NCBI GenBank assembly: GCA_965242965.1
Contig: OZ251518.1
Location: 1,184,001-1,248,000 of the forward strand
DNA length: 64,000 nt
DNA from: Candidatus Poribacteria bacterium
GTDB taxonomy: Bacteria > Poribacteria > WGA-4E > WGA-3G
Reading direction: 5' to 3'
Made by a program: the position numbers and the translations under genes. The notes under the pieces are model-generated. The model saw only the letters and a program-made list of their open reading frames with translations. It was not told where the DNA came from and did not search any database. Position 1 is the stretch's first letter. Every line of letters begins with the position of its first letter. Shown here piece by piece: positions 10,035 through 19,311 of this stretch.

Positions 10035-10789
10035 GCGTTTCCCCTCCGCTTCCGATGCACATCTAAAAAGGTAAACACGTTTTGGATGCGCTGAATCTGT
10101 TTTTGAAAGACGGACGCCCGTTCAAATTGCAGTTTTGCGGCGGCACTATCCCGTTTCGCGACGAGGGATGCGAACACTTCGTCGTAATGTCCCTCCAGCA
10201 AGCCGAGGATATCGGCTATCATGTCGTGATACGCTTCGCGTGTGACATACCCCGCGCACGGCGCGTCGCACCGTTTGATCTGGTAACTGAAGCAGGGACG
10301 GAACGTCGGGCATGGGGTAATCGCGCCTTCGCACGTCCGAATCGGGAAGATGCGGTGGAAAACGTCAACCGCCTCCGCTGTCCATCGCCGGCTGGAAAAC
10401 GGACCGAAATACCTCGCGCCATCAACTTCTTCTTTCTCGGAAACTTGCTCTACAAGCGGAAAATCTTCTCCCACATCTATCCGAATATACCACGATTTCC
10501 GTCCATATTTCAGGGCAGAATTGTAGGTAGGCTGATGCGCTTGAATCAACCGCGATTCCAGGAAGAGTGCCTCCTGTTCCGAGCGGCAGACCTGGTATCG
10601 CACGTCGGTTATCCAACGGACGAGCCGTTTGATTTTGGCGGGGCGGCTTTTGTTTTTGTGAAGATACGAACGCACCCGTTTCCGCAGGCATTTCGCCTTG
10701 CCGATGTAGAGGATTTGGCCGGAAGCACCCCGAAAAAAGTAGACACCGGGTTCCGTTGGCACATCTTGGATCATTTCTTGCGTCAACAT
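10031..10789 (-). CDS. GIY-YIG nuclease, UvrC N-terminal-like (Cho-like)
   Basis: PGVY...LYIGKAKCLRKRVRSY, FGPF, Cys cluster C...CDAPC, UvrB/C coiled motif; lacks the RNase H and HhH half of UvrC. Confidence 0.85.
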   Translation of the reverse strand: MLTQEMIQDVPTEPGVYFFRGASGQILYIGKAKCLRKRVRSYLHKNKSRPAKIKRLVRWITDVRYQVCRSEQEALFLESRLIQAHQPTYNSALKYGRKSWYIRIDVGEDFPLVEQVSEKEEVDGARYFGPFSSRRWTAEAVDVFHRIFPIRTCEGAITPCPTFRPCFSYQIKRCDAPCAGYVTREAYHDMIADILGLLEGHYDEVFASLVAKRDSAAAKLQFERASVFQKQIQRIQNVFTFLDVHRKRRGNA

Positions 10790-10855
10790 CGTCTATTCTC
10801 AACAGCGTAATTTCTTTTAATTTAGCACAAATCTGCAGAAAATGCAAACAATTTT

Positions 10856-10884
10856 TTGACAACATTTACGATTTCTGCTATAAT
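10856..10884 (+). promoter_or_regulatory. sigma70 promoter TTGACA-N17-TATAAT
   Basis: Perfect consensus with extended -10 TG, followed by AGGAGG and ATG 10908. Confidence 0.8.
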
Positions 10885-10907
10885 CTTCGCCAAGGAGGAC
10901 ATAAATC

Positions 10908-11654
10908 ATGAAATGGATATTTTGTCTGTTCATTGGATGTCTCTGCATCGGGAGCGACGCGCTCGCCGCGAATCTGTTGGACGATGCAGTCGGCATCTGG
11001 CTTTTTGACGCAGGAAAAGGGAATGTCGCCGCCGATACCTCCGGCAACGGAAACGATGGAGCGATTGCCGGGGCGAAATGGGCGGAAGGTAAATTCGGCG
11101 GCGCATTGGAATTTGAACCGCCTCACGTCGTCACCGTTGAACATTCGGATAGCATGGCCTTTGCAGACCAGATGACTGTCGCAACGTGGGTTTATATGAA
11201 CGACGGCGTTTCAGACACCGCGATTCGGCGGAACGGAGCCTATCTTTTGGAGGTTCAGTCTCCGAATGAGCAAGTTCCGGGCGGCTACGTGTTTGGCATC
11301 TGGTCTGGGGGCGGCTTCACAGGCGGCGTGTGGGGAAAAACGGTGCTTGAATTTGAGCAGTGGTACCACATCGTTGGACTCTATGATGGGAAAGAGATGC
11401 GTATCTACGTTGATGGCACGCTTGAAGCAGCCAAGCCGCAGAAAGGCGATATAGACGGTGCCGGTGAACTGCTTTTCGGCACCTTCGGCGGCGAAAAATT
11501 CCTCGGCAGATTAGACGAAGTTGTCTTTTTTCGCAGAGCGATAACGGAAAATGAGATTGCGGAATTGATGGAAGGTGTTGAAGCAGTCCTCCCCGTTTCA
11601 CCGAAAGGGATGCTCACCACCGCGTGGGGACAACTCAAAGGAAGTCTGTTATGA
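10908..11654 (+). CDS. Secreted LamG-like jellyroll domain protein
   Basis: Signal peptide, WLFD...DTSGNGNDG...GKFGGALEF, WYHIVGLYDG, YVDG, C-terminal LPVSPKGMLTTAWGQLK. Confidence 0.85.
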   Translation: MKWIFCLFIGCLCIGSDALAANLLDDAVGIWLFDAGKGNVAADTSGNGNDGAIAGAKWAEGKFGGALEFEPPHVVTVEHSDSMAFADQMTVATWVYMNDGVSDTAIRRNGAYLLEVQSPNEQVPGGYVFGIWSGGGFTGGVWGKTVLEFEQWYHIVGLYDGKEMRIYVDGTLEAAKPQKGDIDGAGELLFGTFGGEKFLGRLDEVVFFRRAITENEIAELMEGVEAVLPVSPKGMLTTAWGQLKGSLL

Positions 11655-12505
11655 TAGATTGGCAACCCACTCTGGAACAAAAAACGCAATACGAAAACGA
11701 CGGTTATTTTATCCAACGGAACGTGATTTCCAGCGATTTGGCAGCAGAACTCCGCGGGGTTATCCGCAATGTCATTATGCTGCCCGAACCTGGGAACTTC
11801 GTTGACATTGATGCGACGGATCCGATGGAAGACTCGCCGCAGGGAAGAATTGCGCGCTATCGGAAGTTGAGCAACTTCTGTGTGCAATCGCCGCTGATTT
11901 GGCATAACGTCCACGCGGGCGCGGCACTGCTCAACATCGCGCGTCATTTCCTCGGTGACGATATTATCGTCAAGTTTAATAGCTGCTTCCTCAAACCTGC
12001 GCGCACCGGCAGCGCAACACCGTGGCATCAAGATAACGGCCTCTGGCGCGATGGCGAGACAGAGCCCTTCAACTTTTGGATGCCTCTTGAACCCGCAACG
12101 CGAGAAAACGGCTGCATGCAGTTTATTCCGGGCAGCCACAAGACAGACATCATTCAGCACGTCCTTTATGCCGATAGCATCCACGGGGAGCTTCCACGCG
12201 AAGAGGTGCAGAAGATGCTTGACAAACAAGGTGTGCATCACATTGAATTGGGAACCGGGGATGTCGTCTTTTGGCACAGCAATATGTGGCACTACAGCCC
12301 GCCAAATCGGAGTGAGCAGAGCCGCATCGCTGTCGCCGGCGTTTGGACAAACCCCCAAATTGTCAAGACGAGCAAACGCTTCTGGCACAACTTCCGGTGG
12401 GCCCTGAAAAATGGCGAAGTCTGCACGCAATTCCCGCCAGAACCTGTCGAAATGGAAAACATGAGTGGGGAAAAGCCGAAGCCGTTTCCAAGTGCCGAGG
12501 CATAA
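11651..12505 (+). CDS. Phytanoyl-CoA dioxygenase (PhyH) family protein
   Basis: TPWHQD, ENGCMQFIPGSH, HYSPPNRS; ATGA overlap with the LamG gene. Confidence 0.9.
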   Translation: MIDWQPTLEQKTQYENDGYFIQRNVISSDLAAELRGVIRNVIMLPEPGNFVDIDATDPMEDSPQGRIARYRKLSNFCVQSPLIWHNVHAGAALLNIARHFLGDDIIVKFNSCFLKPARTGSATPWHQDNGLWRDGETEPFNFWMPLEPATRENGCMQFIPGSHKTDIIQHVLYADSIHGELPREEVQKMLDKQGVHHIELGTGDVVFWHSNMWHYSPPNRSEQSRIAVAGVWTNPQIVKTSKRFWHNFRWALKNGEVCTQFPPEPVEMENMSGEKPKPFPSAEA

Positions 12506-12549
12506 ACTATATTGATGGAGTCACAAGGCGACACAAAAGGAGAAAAAAC

Positions 12550-13122
12550 ATGAAACCCAAATTAACCCTCTACATTTTCATCGCCTTCATCGCGCTAACT
12601 GGCTTTACTTGCGAAGAAACAGAACCGCTCGTGCAAGTCCCAGTCACCGAAGAACTTGCCGCGGGCGAAGGGTTGAAAATCGGCATTCAAGCCCCCGAGT
12701 TCTCGCTACTTGATGCCGATGGGAATCCCTACACCCTGGCAGACTATCTCGGCCAAAAAGTAGTGTTGGTATTCTATCGCTTCGGCACGTGAGGCTTCTG
12801 TCAAGCGCAGCTCGGTGAGTTGCAAACCGGCTATGAAGCCATCCAAGCAGCAGGTGCCGAAATTATCGCTGTCAGCGCGGATACCCCAACGACAACGGCT
12901 CTCACGCGAAAGACTGTCCAGATAACCTATCCGTTGCTCTCCGACAAGGCGACAGTGGCGATTACTGCCTATAATGTTCTTGACCCGGGCAATCCGCAAA
13001 TCGCGAAACCTGCGACGTATCTGATTGATGAAAACGGGATAATCCGGTGGAAGTTTCTTGATGTGCAGTTCGGAAAACGGCTAACCTCGGCGGAAATTGT
13101 TGCGGAATTGCAAAAGTTGTAG
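12550..13122 (+). CDS. AhpC/TSA peroxiredoxin-like selenoprotein; Sec at TGA 12790-12792
   Basis: APEFSL...VVLVFYRFGT*GFCQAQLGELQ reads in frame across the TGA (UxxC) and joins track ORFs 12343..12792 and 12820..13122; AGGAG RBS; N-terminal signal or lipoprotein-like peptide. Confidence 0.88.
12807..12823 (+). promoter_or_regulatory. Putative bacterial SECIS
   Basis: GCAGCTC-GGT-GAGTTGC hairpin; loop begins after 21 nt downstream of the UGA. Confidence 0.65.
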
Positions 13123-14350
13123 CGGCACGCGGGCAGGTTTGCGGAGGAAACGCCCCCCGCGATACGGTAAGCGTCGCGGCCCGTAGGGCGAGGGCCTGTC
13201 CCTCGCCATGCCTCGGTAACCCGAACGATCGCGGGGAACAGGCCCCCGCGCTACGGTAACGAGCCATCTTCTTCACAAAACGCCTCCCCCCTCACCGTAG
13301 GGCGAGGGTCTGTCCCTCGCCATGTCTCGGGTTACCGAATAATCGCGGGGGACAGGCCCCCGCGCTACGGTGTAAGAAACCTTTTTATTATCGTAGGGCG
13401 AGGGTCTGTCCCTCGCCATGCTGCGTTAATCGGACGCTCGCGGAGGACAGGCCCCCGCGCTACGGTAATGCATCATTTTCCAACGGTAGGCGCGCTTACA
13501 AAGTGCACCTACCGGGGTGTATCCTGCACGATCCTATACCCAATTAACCTGAGGGTGTTTCATAAATCGATGCACACCCGTAGGAGAGACCTCCTGGTCT
13601 CGATTTCTTCGGGTAGGAGAGACCTCCCGGTCTCGATGTTCCCGTAGCGCGGGGGACAGGCCACCGCGATGGCTCAAGAACCGTTTTTTCACCGTAGCGC
13701 GGGGGCCTGTCCCCCGCGATCGCCATCGTCAAGAGGTGGCATTTTAGGTCCTTTAGCACCTACATGTCTATAGAAAAACGTGTCAGCCCGTTTTCAAGGT
13801 CCGTTAGGTCCTTAATAAAACACGCGCCGCATGGTAAAACACATTAAGGACCTAAAGGACCTTAAATCTCTTCAGGTCGCCGAGGGCTATAGACATTCAG
13901 GTCCTACGGACCTGAAGAGAACAAGAGACGTTTTTTCCATAGCGCGAGCGATGGCGAGGGACAGGCCCTCGCCCTACGGTGAAGGGGGGGGCGTTTTTTC
14001 ACCGTAGCGCGGGAGCCTGTCCCCCGCGATCGTTGGAGTGCGCGAGCGATGGCGCGGGGGTGGCGTTTTTTTTCGTAGTGCGGGGGCCTTTCCCCCGCGA
14101 GCGCCATCGTCCCGATGTATGTTTCCCCCACTGTAGTTTGTGATCGCCTGATCACAAACGGGTCAAGATCGCTTGGCAAATGCCAGAGCTTCAGACGATC
14201 TTGACCTACGGGGGTGAGGCGGTCTGCCACCAAAACGCATGGCGAGGGAAACCCGCTCGCATGCGCGTGTGGCATGCGAGGGCCCTCGCCCTACGATGAA
14301 GGGTGCCGTTTTTTCACCGTAGCGCGGGGGCCTGTCCCCCGCGACGTTGA
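13123..14350. repeat. Mosaic array of GTAG-type REP palindromes with a single TIR at 13551
   Basis: Many copies of GTAGGGCGAGGGCCTGTCCCTCGCC, GTAGCGCGGGGGCCTGTCCCCCGCG, GTAGGAGAGACCTCCCGGTCTCGA and AGGTCC-TTTA-GGTCC units. Confidence 0.9.
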
Positions 14351-14441
14351 ATGCCTACGCCCTCTAGCATTCCAATTCTTGACAACAATCCGATTTTGGT
14401 GTATCATTTCCCCAAAATCAACTTGAAAAAGGATATAACGA

Positions 14442-15200
14442 ATGCCACCTATCCCTGTCCTTGTCTCCTGGTCTTCGGGAAAAGACTCAGCTTGGGCCCT
14501 ACACACGCTGCGTCAGCAGCCGGAACAATACGACGTGCGCGGCATCTTTACCACCGTCACGCAGCCTTTCAACCGCGTTTCTATCCACGCCACACCGGAC
14601 TGGATGCTGAAACTGCAGGCAGAAAAACTCGGCCTGCCGCTCTATGAAATACCGATACCGTATCCCTGTTCCAACGCGGATTACGAAGCGGCGATGCAGC
14701 GTTTCCTGACACAAGTGCAAGCCTTGCCCAAAGCGTTAACAGCGGCACACCTCGCCTTCGGAGATCTGTTTCTAGAAGACATTCGCCGTTACCGCGAGGA
14801 TAAACTGAAGGGAACCGGCTTCACACCGCTCTTTCCTGTATGGGGACAAGATACCGCCGAACTCGCCGAAGAAATGCTGGCATCGGGATTGCGCGCCATC
14901 GTCACAACTGCCAGCCCAGCGAAGTTATCCGCCGAATTTGTTGGCAGATGGTTTGACCGCGGTTTTCTTGCGGATTTGCCGCCGGACATCGATGCACTCG
15001 GCGAAAACGGCGAATTTCATACCTGTGTTGTTGACGGCCCGATGTTCCTTTCGCCGATACCGGCGCGCCCCGGCAAAAAGATCCAGCGGCATATCGCAAC
15101 CGCTGACGACAACGAAGAAGACGATGGCATTCATACCCGAAAGCCGCATCTGATTTATACCTACGCTGACGTGGAATTGGATGAACCTAGCGCGAAATAG
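14442..15200 (+). CDS. PP-loop ATPase, diphthine-ammonia ligase / MJ0570 family
   Basis: SWSSGKDS PP-loop, FGDLFLED, GENGEFHT; TTGACA-N17-TATCAT promoter at 14379. Confidence 0.85.
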   Translation: MPPIPVLVSWSSGKDSAWALHTLRQQPEQYDVRGIFTTVTQPFNRVSIHATPDWMLKLQAEKLGLPLYEIPIPYPCSNADYEAAMQRFLTQVQALPKALTAAHLAFGDLFLEDIRRYREDKLKGTGFTPLFPVWGQDTAELAEEMLASGLRAIVTTASPAKLSAEFVGRWFDRGFLADLPPDIDALGENGEFHTCVVDGPMFLSPIPARPGKKIQRHIATADDNEEDDGIHTRKPHLIYTYADVELDEPSAK

Positions 15201-15237
15201 CAGGCACCAAACCACACCTACGGAGTCAAAGCGAAAA

Positions 15238-16383
15238 ATGAAAATCGCAACCATTGAACAATTTTTTCCGCGCCCGCGGACGCGACTCGTCAAAATTACC
15301 ACGGACACCGGCATCGTCGGCTGGGGAGAGACGACGCTTGAAGGGAAACCGAAAAGCACCTGCGCCGCTGTTGACGAACTCGCCGACTATTTTATTGGCA
15401 AGGACCCGTTGCGTATTGAGCATCACTGGCAGCACGTCTATCGCTCCGCTTTTTTCAGGGGAGGCAATATCTTGATGTCTGCCTTGTCCGGCATTGATCA
15501 GGCATTGTGGGATATCGCAGGCAAACACTACGATGTGCCGACGTATCAACTGCTCGGCGGTCCCGTCCGTGACAGAATTCGTGTATACGCGCACTGGGGT
15601 ATCGGCAGTTTGACTGACGAGGGGAAAGCCGCCGCGAAGGAACGACTGGAGTTCCTGCAGAAAAAGGGCGGCTACAAGGCGTTTAAAAGCGGGCCCGGCG
15701 GCAAATGGCGCGGGCATGAACCACCCGCGGTTATTGATGCGTTTGTGGAACGCGCCTATCTCATGCGCGAGTGGGTAGGACCGGATGTTGAACTCGCCTT
15801 TGATTTTCACGGCAAGATGACACCTGCACTCGCCATTGAAATCTGTCACGAACTGAAAGGCATGCGCCCGATGTTCGTTGAAGAGCCGATTCCGCAGGAG
15901 AATGTGGACGCGCTCAAACAGGTTTCTCAGCAGGTGCCCTTTCCTATTGCAACCGGCGAACGGCTGCTCACCCGATGGGAATTCCGCGAGATTTTTGAGA
16001 AACAGGCGGTTGCGTATTTACAACCGGATACCTCGCACACCGGCGGCATCACCGAACTCAAAAAGATTGCTAACATGGCGGAGGTCTACTACATGCACAT
16101 CGCACCGCACTGCGCAATCGGTCCCGTTGCGTTTTCCGCCTCCCTGCATGTCGATGCCGTTATCCCGAATTTTCTCATTCAAGAGCAGATCGATAACGGC
16201 TTAGGTGCCGGCTTGCTCAAGGAAGAGTGGCAAGTTACAGATGGGCACATTGAGCTGCCTACCAAACCGGGCCTCGGCTTTGAGATTAACGAGAAAGAGG
16301 CAGAACGAAATCTGGACACGTATCCTGAAGAACTCGGCGGCGAGTTCTATTATGATACGGATGGAAGTGTCGCGGATTGGTAA
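15238..16383 (+). CDS. dgoD: Galactonate dehydratase-like (mandelate racemase/MLE family)
   Basis: SALSGIDQALWDI, DFHG, FVEEP, ATGERL, LQPD, IAPHC motifs. Confidence 0.8.
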   Translation: MKIATIEQFFPRPRTRLVKITTDTGIVGWGETTLEGKPKSTCAAVDELADYFIGKDPLRIEHHWQHVYRSAFFRGGNILMSALSGIDQALWDIAGKHYDVPTYQLLGGPVRDRIRVYAHWGIGSLTDEGKAAAKERLEFLQKKGGYKAFKSGPGGKWRGHEPPAVIDAFVERAYLMREWVGPDVELAFDFHGKMTPALAIEICHELKGMRPMFVEEPIPQENVDALKQVSQQVPFPIATGERLLTRWEFREIFEKQAVAYLQPDTSHTGGITELKKIANMAEVYYMHIAPHCAIGPVAFSASLHVDAVIPNFLIQEQIDNGLGAGLLKEEWQVTDGHIELPTKPGLGFEINEKEAERNLDTYPEELGGEFYYDTDGSVADW

Positions 16384-16419
16384 CGCCATCAAATCGATTT
16401 CTACAAAAGCGTCATTTTC

Positions 16420-17069
16420 CACCGCGTAGGCGCGGTTTTCCACCGTGCCTACGCGGTTTGTTCTGCGTCCAGCCTAATCAAGAGCACCCGAAGGATTCAG
16501 GTTAATTCGCAATAAACTGAGGGTGTTTCATAAATCTATCCCCCCTTGGGAGCGGGAGAATACCGCGTCCTCTTGGTAGGAGAGACCTCCCGGTCTCGAT
16601 GCAATAGGGCGGCGTGCCTACCGGGCCCGCGGCGGCAGAAGGTCCCCCTTCATCGTAGGGCGAGGGCCCTCGCATGCCACACGCGCATGCGAGCGGGTTC
16701 CCCTCGCCATCGTCCGCGCTACGGAAAAAACGTCTCTTGTTCTCTTCAGGTCTGTAAGACCTGAATGTCTATAGCACGCTCGTCCGCGAAGAACCCTAAG
16801 GTCCTTTAGGTCCTTAATAGATTTTGCCAGGGCCGCGTGGTTTTTATTAAGGACCTAAAGGACCTTGAAAAAAGTCGACACGTGGTGCTATAGACATGTA
16901 GGACCTAAAGGACCTAAGATGGCATCTTGCCGATGGACAACGCGGGGGACAGGCCCCCGCGCTACGGGAAAATTGAGACTAGAGGGCTCTCCTACCGAGG
17001 AGCCATCGAGACCAGGAGGTCTCTTCTACGGGGACATCGCTTGCATCGAGACCAGGAGGTCTCTCCTAC
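16420..17069. repeat. Mosaic REP array with a single TIR at 16519
   Basis: Same REP families; GAGGGTGTTTCATAA at 16519. Confidence 0.85.
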
Positions 17070-17102
17070 CAACAGAAATTGCTTAACCGTTCGTTTGGAC
17101 AT
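17070..17102 (-). pseudogene. Remnant of HepT/DUF86 toxin gene (first 11 codons)
   Basis: ATG overlapping the MNT 3' end reads MSKRTVKQFLL and runs directly into a REP GTAG. Confidence 0.55.
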
Positions 17103-17400
17103 AGACGATACTCTCCCGGATTGACTCCGCAACGTCAGGAAGTCGGATACCCATCAGACCTCCCTCGGTGAGAAGATCGACCGGCTGCCCCAGCCGCTCT
17201 TCAAGATATTCAGCGAGTTCCATGAACTTAAAGCCGATGGGACTTTCAAATTGGACGATAATATCAACATCGCTGGACTCAGTTGAAGTGCCTTTGGCGT
17301 AAGAACCGAACAGACCGATTTTGCTCACGCCGTATTCCATCAGAAGATACGGAAATTCTTCAACGAGAATCGTTGTGACTTGCTCTTTGGTTAATGCCAT
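17083..17400 (-). CDS. Minimal nucleotidyltransferase (MntA-type antitoxin)
   Basis: GLFGSYAKG...SDVDIIV...VDL; 105 aa. Confidence 0.9.
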   Translation of the reverse strand: MALTKEQVTTILVEEFPYLLMEYGVSKIGLFGSYAKGTSTESSDVDIIVQFESPIGFKFMELAEYLEERLGQPVDLLTEGGLMGIRLPDVAESIRESIVYVQTNG

Positions 17401-17509
17401 CGGTTTTCCCTCACATCAGCGGCAGAAGCATCGCACCTCCTGTTTTCCAAGCGTTTCCGAACAAGACAAATCAAATGAATTTCGGAAGCTGAATCGTCTT
17501 ATCCTACTT

Positions 17510-17937
17510 GAGGGTGTTTCATAAATCGATGGCTTCCCGTTAGGAGAGACCTCCCGGTCTCAATTTTCACCGTAGCAAGAGGTGGCGTTTTAGGTCCTTT
17601 AGGACCTACATGTCTATAGAATACGTCCCGGCACCTTTTCAAGGTCCATTAGGACCTTAATCGTGGAAAACACGCAACGCAGCAAAAACTATTAAGGACC
17701 TAAAGGACCTTAAAGCACTTTGCAGCCTCACGTGCTATAGACATTCAGGACCTAAAGGACCTGAAGAGAAAGGGAGACGTTTTTTCACCGCAGCGCGGGG
17801 GCCTGTCCCCGCGATCATTGGATTGCGCGTGTGGCATGGCGAGGGACAGGCCCTCGCCCTACGTGAAGAGGCGGCGTTTTTCACCGTAGCGCGGAGACCT
17901 GTCCCCCGCGCCGTTGAGCCATTTATGAAACACCCTC
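17510..17937. mobile_element. MITE-like cassette with REP cargo
   Basis: TIRs GAGGGTGTTTCATAAAT / ATTTATGAAACACCCTC; flanks ATCCTACTT / ATCTTATTT (degenerate duplication). Confidence 0.75.
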
Positions 17938-17940
17938 ATC

Positions 17941-19311
17941 TTATTTCTTCGGTGTTTGGACAGGCTCCGCTTTTTCAAGGATTGCCCACTTTGTGAAATT
18001 CGTGATAACGCTGTCGGCGTTGACAGCATACCACTTGCCATCTTCAATTGTCATGATGGCGGCGGTGCGCTTGCCCGGGGCAATTGATTCGGAAAAGAAA
18101 TCCGCTGGCAGCCAATTTTCATACGTGCCAGGTTCGCCATCGCTCCACTGCCATCCGGTTGCGGTGCGGCTGAGTCCTATCCAATAGAAGTCGCCGCGGA
18201 AAACCGCGGATACCCACCGCTGCTCTGCCTCGTCATTAATGGAGACGAGTTGTGCATCTTCAGCGGCGGCGAAGGCGAGTGCCTCGTCGCGCGTCGCGCA
18301 GCGGATACGTTTGTAAACGTGCCCGTTTGCAGGATTGCCTATCCATACCTCGTCAGAACCCAGTCTCGGCGTAGGCGCGGGCGCGTCTGCCACAGCGGGA
18401 GCAGTTTTCAACTGCACTGCTTCTTCAGCGGGGAGCGGTTCGCTATTGAACGTCAGCACCAAACTGTCGTGGCGTTCCCCCGGTTCAAGAAGCACCGGCT
18501 CCGATTCGACTTCCAGTGCCTTGTAGATAACTACCACAGTATAGAACGCATCGTCATCTTTTTCGTCCAAATAGTGGACAAAGTAGCCTTCGGCATCTGT
18601 CCATGGCGTGCTAACTGAATTACCCGAACCTTTCCCATCCGCGTCCCGGGAACGCACGTTCAGACGAATCCGTGCATTGGCAAGGGGTATTCCATCTTTG
18701 AATAGGATTTTTCCCCGAATGCGCATCCGAGGCTGCACCGTGACGAGAGCGTCTTCAAGGTGCATCCCCGGCCTAATTGCAAACACGATTTCCTCACCAT
18801 CGGCGTGAGGATAGCAGGATATCCCGCGTATACGAATGGACAGCACTTCTACATCAGGTTCAAAATCGGTGTTCTCCATGCCAAAACTGCTGGAGACGAG
18901 TGCTTCCAAACTATCCGTTTCAAACGCCGACATGAAGAGCGCGTCTACCTCGGCTGCGCTCATTTCCTGCAGGTGCTGAGGGAGGCGTGCCGCGATATTG
19001 TGAGGGAGCGCGCCAAAGTAAACGGCTCCGGATGGAATGCCCGTGATGGAAAACCGTCCCGCTGCATCAGTGCGCGTACGGCGCAGTCGTGGGTAGTCCC
19101 CTGGGAAAAAGGCTGCCGAAGGCCAAGCCAGCGCGTGCTCCATCCCGGCGGGGCCGACGAATATCGGTAAATCGGCGACAGGGTTGCCCTCAGAATCGAC
19201 AACGCGTCCCGAAAAAGTGCCTGTCTCTCCTTGGGCAAGGCTTCCGTCTACAATAATGCCCAAGAAAAGCGCGAAAATTACGAGCGTCACGGTGAAGTTT
19301 GCGCGGTTCAT
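17941..19311 (-). CDS. Secreted protein: carboxypeptidase-regulatory-like beta-sandwich domains plus C-terminal C-type lectin domain
   Basis: Signal peptide; SGRVVD..G.P; NPANGHVYK, LVSINDEAEQRW, WIGL, WQWSDGEP..YENW. Confidence 0.8.
   Translation of the reverse strand: MNRANFTVTLVIFALFLGIIVDGSLAQGETGTFSGRVVDSEGNPVADLPIFVGPAGMEHALAWPSAAFFPGDYPRLRRTRTDAAGRFSITGIPSGAVYFGALPHNIAARLPQHLQEMSAAEVDALFMSAFETDSLEALVSSSFGMENTDFEPDVEVLSIRIRGISCYPHADGEEIVFAIRPGMHLEDALVTVQPRMRIRGKILFKDGIPLANARIRLNVRSRDADGKGSGNSVSTPWTDAEGYFVHYLDEKDDDAFYTVVVIYKALEVESEPVLLEPGERHDSLVLTFNSEPLPAEEAVQLKTAPAVADAPAPTPRLGSDEVWIGNPANGHVYKRIRCATRDEALAFAAAEDAQLVSINDEAEQRWVSAVFRGDFYWIGLSRTATGWQWSDGEPGTYENWLPADFFSESIAPGKRTAAIMTIEDGKWYAVNADSVITNFTKWAILEKAEPVQTPKK

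Noticed and set aside
10031-10789. Calling this gene uvrC
   Set aside because: Only the N-terminal half is present (252 aa); better described as Cho-like.
8425-13122. Genome-wide UGA reassignment (code 4 or 25) as the explanation for in-frame TGAs
   Set aside because: TGA ends many normal genes here (7825, 11654, 57997, 60435), and the in-frame cases fall only at Cys positions with downstream hairpins.
13123-14350. Repeat arrays as CRISPR
   Set aside because: Units occur in both orientations, come from several families, have irregular and partly repeated spacers, and no cas genes are present.
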